NCBI GenBank assembly: GCA_964036045.1
Contig: OZ038379.1
Coordinates: 62,992,001 to 63,056,000 of the forward strand
Length of the DNA stretch: 64,000 bases
Direction of reading: 5' to 3'
From: Eutreptiella sp. 'Long Island Sound 2002'
Taxonomy: Eukaryota > Protista > Euglenida
Below are positions 60,355 to 64,000 of this stretch, one piece after another. The notes beneath the pieces are model-generated. The model was not told the DNA's origin, ran no database searches, and was given only the letters and a program-made list of their open reading frames with translations. Within the stretch, counting starts at the first letter, position 1, and every line of letters begins with the position of its first letter. The position numbers and the translations under genes were made by a program.

Positions 60355-60872
60355 ACTTCCTGGTTGTTTCTACGTGCGGGCGTGCGTCTGTGTGTTGGTG
60401 TGTGTGAGGATGTGGGGGCCACCCGACCACATACGCACACAAACCCGTCCCAAACCTCAGACCAACACCCACACACCGACACACACATAGATGGTACATC
60501 GACGCATGAGGCCTCGTACGTCCATTGCACGCTTGGTGGCACCGCTAGCCCCAACCAACTATCCGGTTGGTGGCTACTGGGGGGCAGTAGAAAGTGGGAG
60601 ACCCTCTACGCGGCCTCCCAAAAAATTGATTTTGATGACGAGTTGCGCAAGGCCGCAACCGTAAGTTTCAAAGACGCGGAAGGGAACGATAGGCAGTCCC
60701 TTTTTTTTCTGTGTGCAGATGGGAAAGCACAGGTCCTCATGGCGGGCTGCCAAAGCTGGAAGGCAGAATCCCCTGGTGCCACCGTGTGTTGGGTCTGCAT
60801 GCGCAACCGTGCTGTTTGCCTTGCTACCTTTGGCACAGCAAGTGCGACAAACGGCAACTTGGACCCTTGGTA
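60355..60872 (+). pseudogene. N-terminal half of a RAG1/Transib-like transposase (element H), truncated by element E
   Basis: After removing intron 60398-60490 it reads VRLCVDGTS (D1), SPNQLSGWWLLGGSRKWETL, FFLCADGKAQ (D2) and SPGATVCWVC (CxxC). Confidence 0.8.
60398..60490 (+). other. 93-nt GT-AG intron with GT-rich 5' arm and complementary CA-rich 3' arm, splitting the D1 codon
   Basis: GTT G|GTGTGTGTGAGG...ACACACACATAG|AT GGT; splicing creates V-D-G. Confidence 0.65.
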
Positions 60873-63800
60873 CACGCTAGAGTACCCAATCTCGTTCTAG
60901 CCTGGAACCGGCTAGAGCGGCTAGAACGAAAAAAAGAGGGGGATACCCCCCCCCCGCAGGGGGAGGGGGGGATGAGGTGTCTAACCTAGACCCCCCGATC
61001 CATACTCGGGGGCCCATACTTTTTTTTTCACAACTTCACTGTTTTCACCTGATTTTGGAGTTGAAAAGTTTTTTGTTCTAGCGGCGTTCTAGCGACGTTC
61101 TAGCGAGCGTCGCTAGAACGCCGCTAGAAGGGTTCGCTAGAACGCCGCTAGAACGATATATATGAATGCTCCGCCACTCCTCAAAGAGAAGCTGCCCCGG
61201 CTACCATGGCCAGCCGTGGCCAATCACAGGGTCCCGATGCTAGACCCGACTCACGGAGCGCCGGGTTCCCCCCCCCCCCCGCTGGTTACCCCGGTTAGCC
61301 CCCCACCGCACCCCATAGGTCACTTGGAACGTCACTTGGCGGGCCGGCGCCGGGTCACTTGGTGGTGGGTTAGCCCGATTAGCCCGGTTAGCCCGATTAG
61401 CCCCCCTGCCCCCACAGACCCCATTCCTGAGTCGCGACACGCAGGTTAGCCCTCCTGCGTGGTGGGGGGTTGCCGGGGCTCATCCTTGCTCCCGGCACCC
61501 CCCTTCTCACCGCCCGAGTCCCCTTTCTTCTCACCCCCCTTGTAACCCCCCACCTCACCCCCCTTGTCACCACCCTCGTCCCCCTTGTCATCCCCGTCGT
61601 CCCCGGCCCCCAAGGCCTCCCGGAGGTGGGCCTCCGCTTCCTCCCGGGTGCTGAAGAGAAGCCCCCCCAGCACCCGGAAGGTGCCCCCCTCTTTCTCCCG
61701 CTTCCTCTTCTTCCCCTTCTTCCCCTTCTTCCCCCCCTCCCCCTCCCCATTGGACCCCTGCGACACCACCCACCACTCCCCCGGGTCCAACTCCTCATCC
61801 CAATCCCCCAACACCGTCACTTGGCTGACGGTCCCCCCATAGCCCCCCTCCGCCCAAGGGACATACCGGGTGTCCCCCACACCCGGCACATTCCCATAGG
61901 GGTCCCGGCCCCTTTCTTGCAAGGGGCAGGTTTGGGGTTTGGGGGGGGGGTGGCTTTCTCCTTGCCCTTGGCCTGGGGCTTGGCCTTGGCCTTGGGCTTG
62001 CCGGGCTGCCCTTGGGGGGGGGGCCTCTTCGTCGCTACTCTCGAAGTGGCGGGGTCTTTTGCTGGGGGCCTTGGGGGGGGGGTGTCTTCCCGCCGCTGCT
62101 GGTGCTGCTGCTGTTGGTGCTGGTGCTGCTGCTGCTGCTGCTGCTGTCATCCTCCGCCCGGTCTTGCAACCTCCCCCAACCCTTGCGCCGCGGGTCCATG
62201 CCCCCCGCACTCCTGCCCGCTTCCCATCTCTCCAAACCCTCCAGCACCGAGAGGGCCAAATTGGGGTTCGTCCCCATCATCCTGCTCAACTCGGTGACCC
62301 CCACGAGGCGCGTCCGCCCTCCGCCATCGCGCCACTCCACGCGCAGCCCGCGGGGGTCGGCTCCACACGTCTGCACGCTGACAACTTGAAGACACAAACA
62401 AAATGCAGGTGCGTTCTAGCGGCGTTCTAGGCAACTGTTCTTGCGGCGTTCTAGCGATGTTCTAGCGGCGGCGGTACGGCGGTGGCTAGATCAACGCTAA
62501 AACGGTTCGCTAGACCAACGCTAGAACGCAATCACTATACCGTGCCTTGGCGGTCCAGGGCGGGGGAGATGGCCCCCAGGGCCTTGGCGAAGGCGTCCGC
62601 GGGGTTGGGGGGGTGCGGCTGCGGGGGGGGGCCAGCGGGGGTTGCGGCGGGCTTGGGCTTGGACTTGGGCCGAGAGGCGATGCCGTGCACCAACCCGGCA
62701 TACGTCCCCCGGTTCGCCGCCTCGGGGTTGAAACCCCCGAAGTCCAGCAGCACCGACCAGGTCGGTGTCCAGACCCAGGCCTTCCCCACCCAATCAACCC
62801 CCCCCAAGCCCAGCCCCTGCAAGCAGTGGGCGACGAATCGCTAGTGGATGGCCCGCCCCTTTTTCCGCTCGGGGCTGAAGATGTTGGTTTGCGCCAACTC
62901 AAACATCTTCATCCCCCTTTCGGGGGGGGCGCCCACCTCCCCCCATCGCTTCCCCGGCCCCGGCAACGCACATTGCCACCCCCACCACCCGTTGACCACC
63001 CCTAGGCGCACGGGCCTGTCCGGGTGGACACCCCCCCCCCTCGTCCACCCATACCCACTGCCCCGCCCCCAACAGCCGTTGGTGCACCCGCACCAACAAA
63101 AACCGGAGAGTCCATACCGGACTCTCCGGGGCGATGAGGAGGGGGGTGTCCAGGTTTGGGGGGTGGGGGCCAACCAGGACAGCCGGGTCCCATGGTAGGT
63201 CCTGGAGGGCCCCCGCAGCCCTCGACCCCACCATCTCCCTAAGCCACTGGCTCACCCCCCCCCCCCCCCCGCCGGCGTCGCCACCACCACCTTCGCCTCC
63301 TCCTCCTCCTCCACCATCGCCACCTACAGCTCCACGTCCACCTCCACCACCTCCACCACCTCCTCCTCCTTCACCCGCGCCACCACCGCCGCCAACTCCC
63401 TCTCGCTCCGCCGCACCGCCCTCGCGAACCCCTCGATCGCCTCCTCGTTCTCCGCCACCTTCGCCTTCGCCTTGCGAAGGTCGGCCTCCTCCCGGAGGCT
63501 GGCCAATTTGGCCTCCCATGCGGAGACTTTGGTCTTAGCACTTCCCTTGGCTGACTTGGAGGCGGCGAGGGAACCCAAGAGCCCTTTGAGCTCCCCTCGC
63601 GCCTCCTCCACCTCCGGGTCCTCCTCCTCCTCCTCCGCGGGGACCGCCGCCGACCCCCGCTTCCGGGCGACCAATGGGGGAGGGGGTGGCGATGGTGGAT
63701 GTGGGGCTTGGGGTTGGGGCTTGGCCTTGGGCTTGGCGAGGGGGGTGCCTTGCCCTTCAGGGCCTGCTCGGCCTTTGGCTCCGCCTCCTCGGCCGGAGCC

Positions 63801-64000
63801 TGCCGTGCCTGCGCCTCCACGATGTCCGCAATCAGCGCCTGGGTCGCCGCATTTTGTAGACATAGGCCCGTTCTAGCGGCGTTCTAGGCAACTGTTCTCG
63901 CGGCGTTCTAGCGACAGTCTAGCGGCCGATCGTGCTGCCTAGATCAAGACTAGAAAGATTCCCTAGATCACCGCTAGAACGCACAGCATGTCTCATCAGC
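60873..64000 (-). mobile_element. Element E (TTCTAGCG/CGCTAGAA motif family), continues beyond the window
   Basis: Motif arrays at 60893-60930, 61078-61158, 62415-62530 and 63870-63980. Candidate left terminus CACGCTAGAGTACCCA lies where transposase H stops. Confidence 0.6.
61446..63830 (-). pseudogene. Companion gene of element E: coiled coil, conserved middle exon and Tudor/Agenet-like domain; frameshifts in homopolymer runs
   Basis: VVSVQTCGADPRGLRVEWRDG and GDTRYVPWAEGGYGG...WWVV...FRVLGGLLF align with the 12566-13764 gene. The motif arrays at ~62385-62540 and ~63835-63980 behave as introns. Confidence 0.6.

Noticed and set aside
61470-63538. Plus-strand Pro-rich ORFs (61470..62297, 63134..63538)
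   Set aside because: They are antisense to the Gly/Glu/Lys-rich minus-strand gene, which has the cross-element homology.

Overview
Eukaryotic nuclear DNA. It is probably from a protist and plausibly a euglenid; this is an inference from the fold-back introns and an Ingi/L1Tc-style 2A-bearing LINE. The window is a dense nest of mostly decayed mobile elements around a few exons of one minus-strand host gene with C2 domains (~47-55 kb). Retroelements: (1) an apparently intact APE-RT non-LTR element at 1-3.7 kb. Its long ORF runs off the left edge, so it is missing from the ORF track, and it carries two in-frame 2A/StopGo motifs. (2) A Penelope-like element with an N-terminal GIY-YIG nuclease (55.7-59.9 kb). 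(3) Two degraded LINEs. DNA transposons: (4) five divergent copies or fragments of a RAG1/Transib-like DDE transposase (11.0-12.5, 14.3-15.8, 21.4-23.7, 24.9-26.3 and 60.3-60.9 kb), with Tudor-like companion genes at 12.6-13.8 and 61.4-63.9 kb. (5) A second DDE-type element marked by paired 20-bp palindromes (27.1-36.4 kb), with a pogo insertion flanked by TA. (6) A Mutator-like non-autonomous element with a 9-bp TSD. (7) MITEs. Also present: several satellites (148, ~245, ~87, ~100 and 46 bp units) and a 1.45-kb tandem triplication. The most striking pattern is that each DNA element carries its own short motif (TTCATAA, CTCACTGAG, TTCTAGCG, GTGAATTC, TTAAT) arranged as fold-back arrays, and several of these arrays sit inside GT-AG introns of the element's own genes. 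All protein-family assignments come from manual motif reading; no database searches were run.
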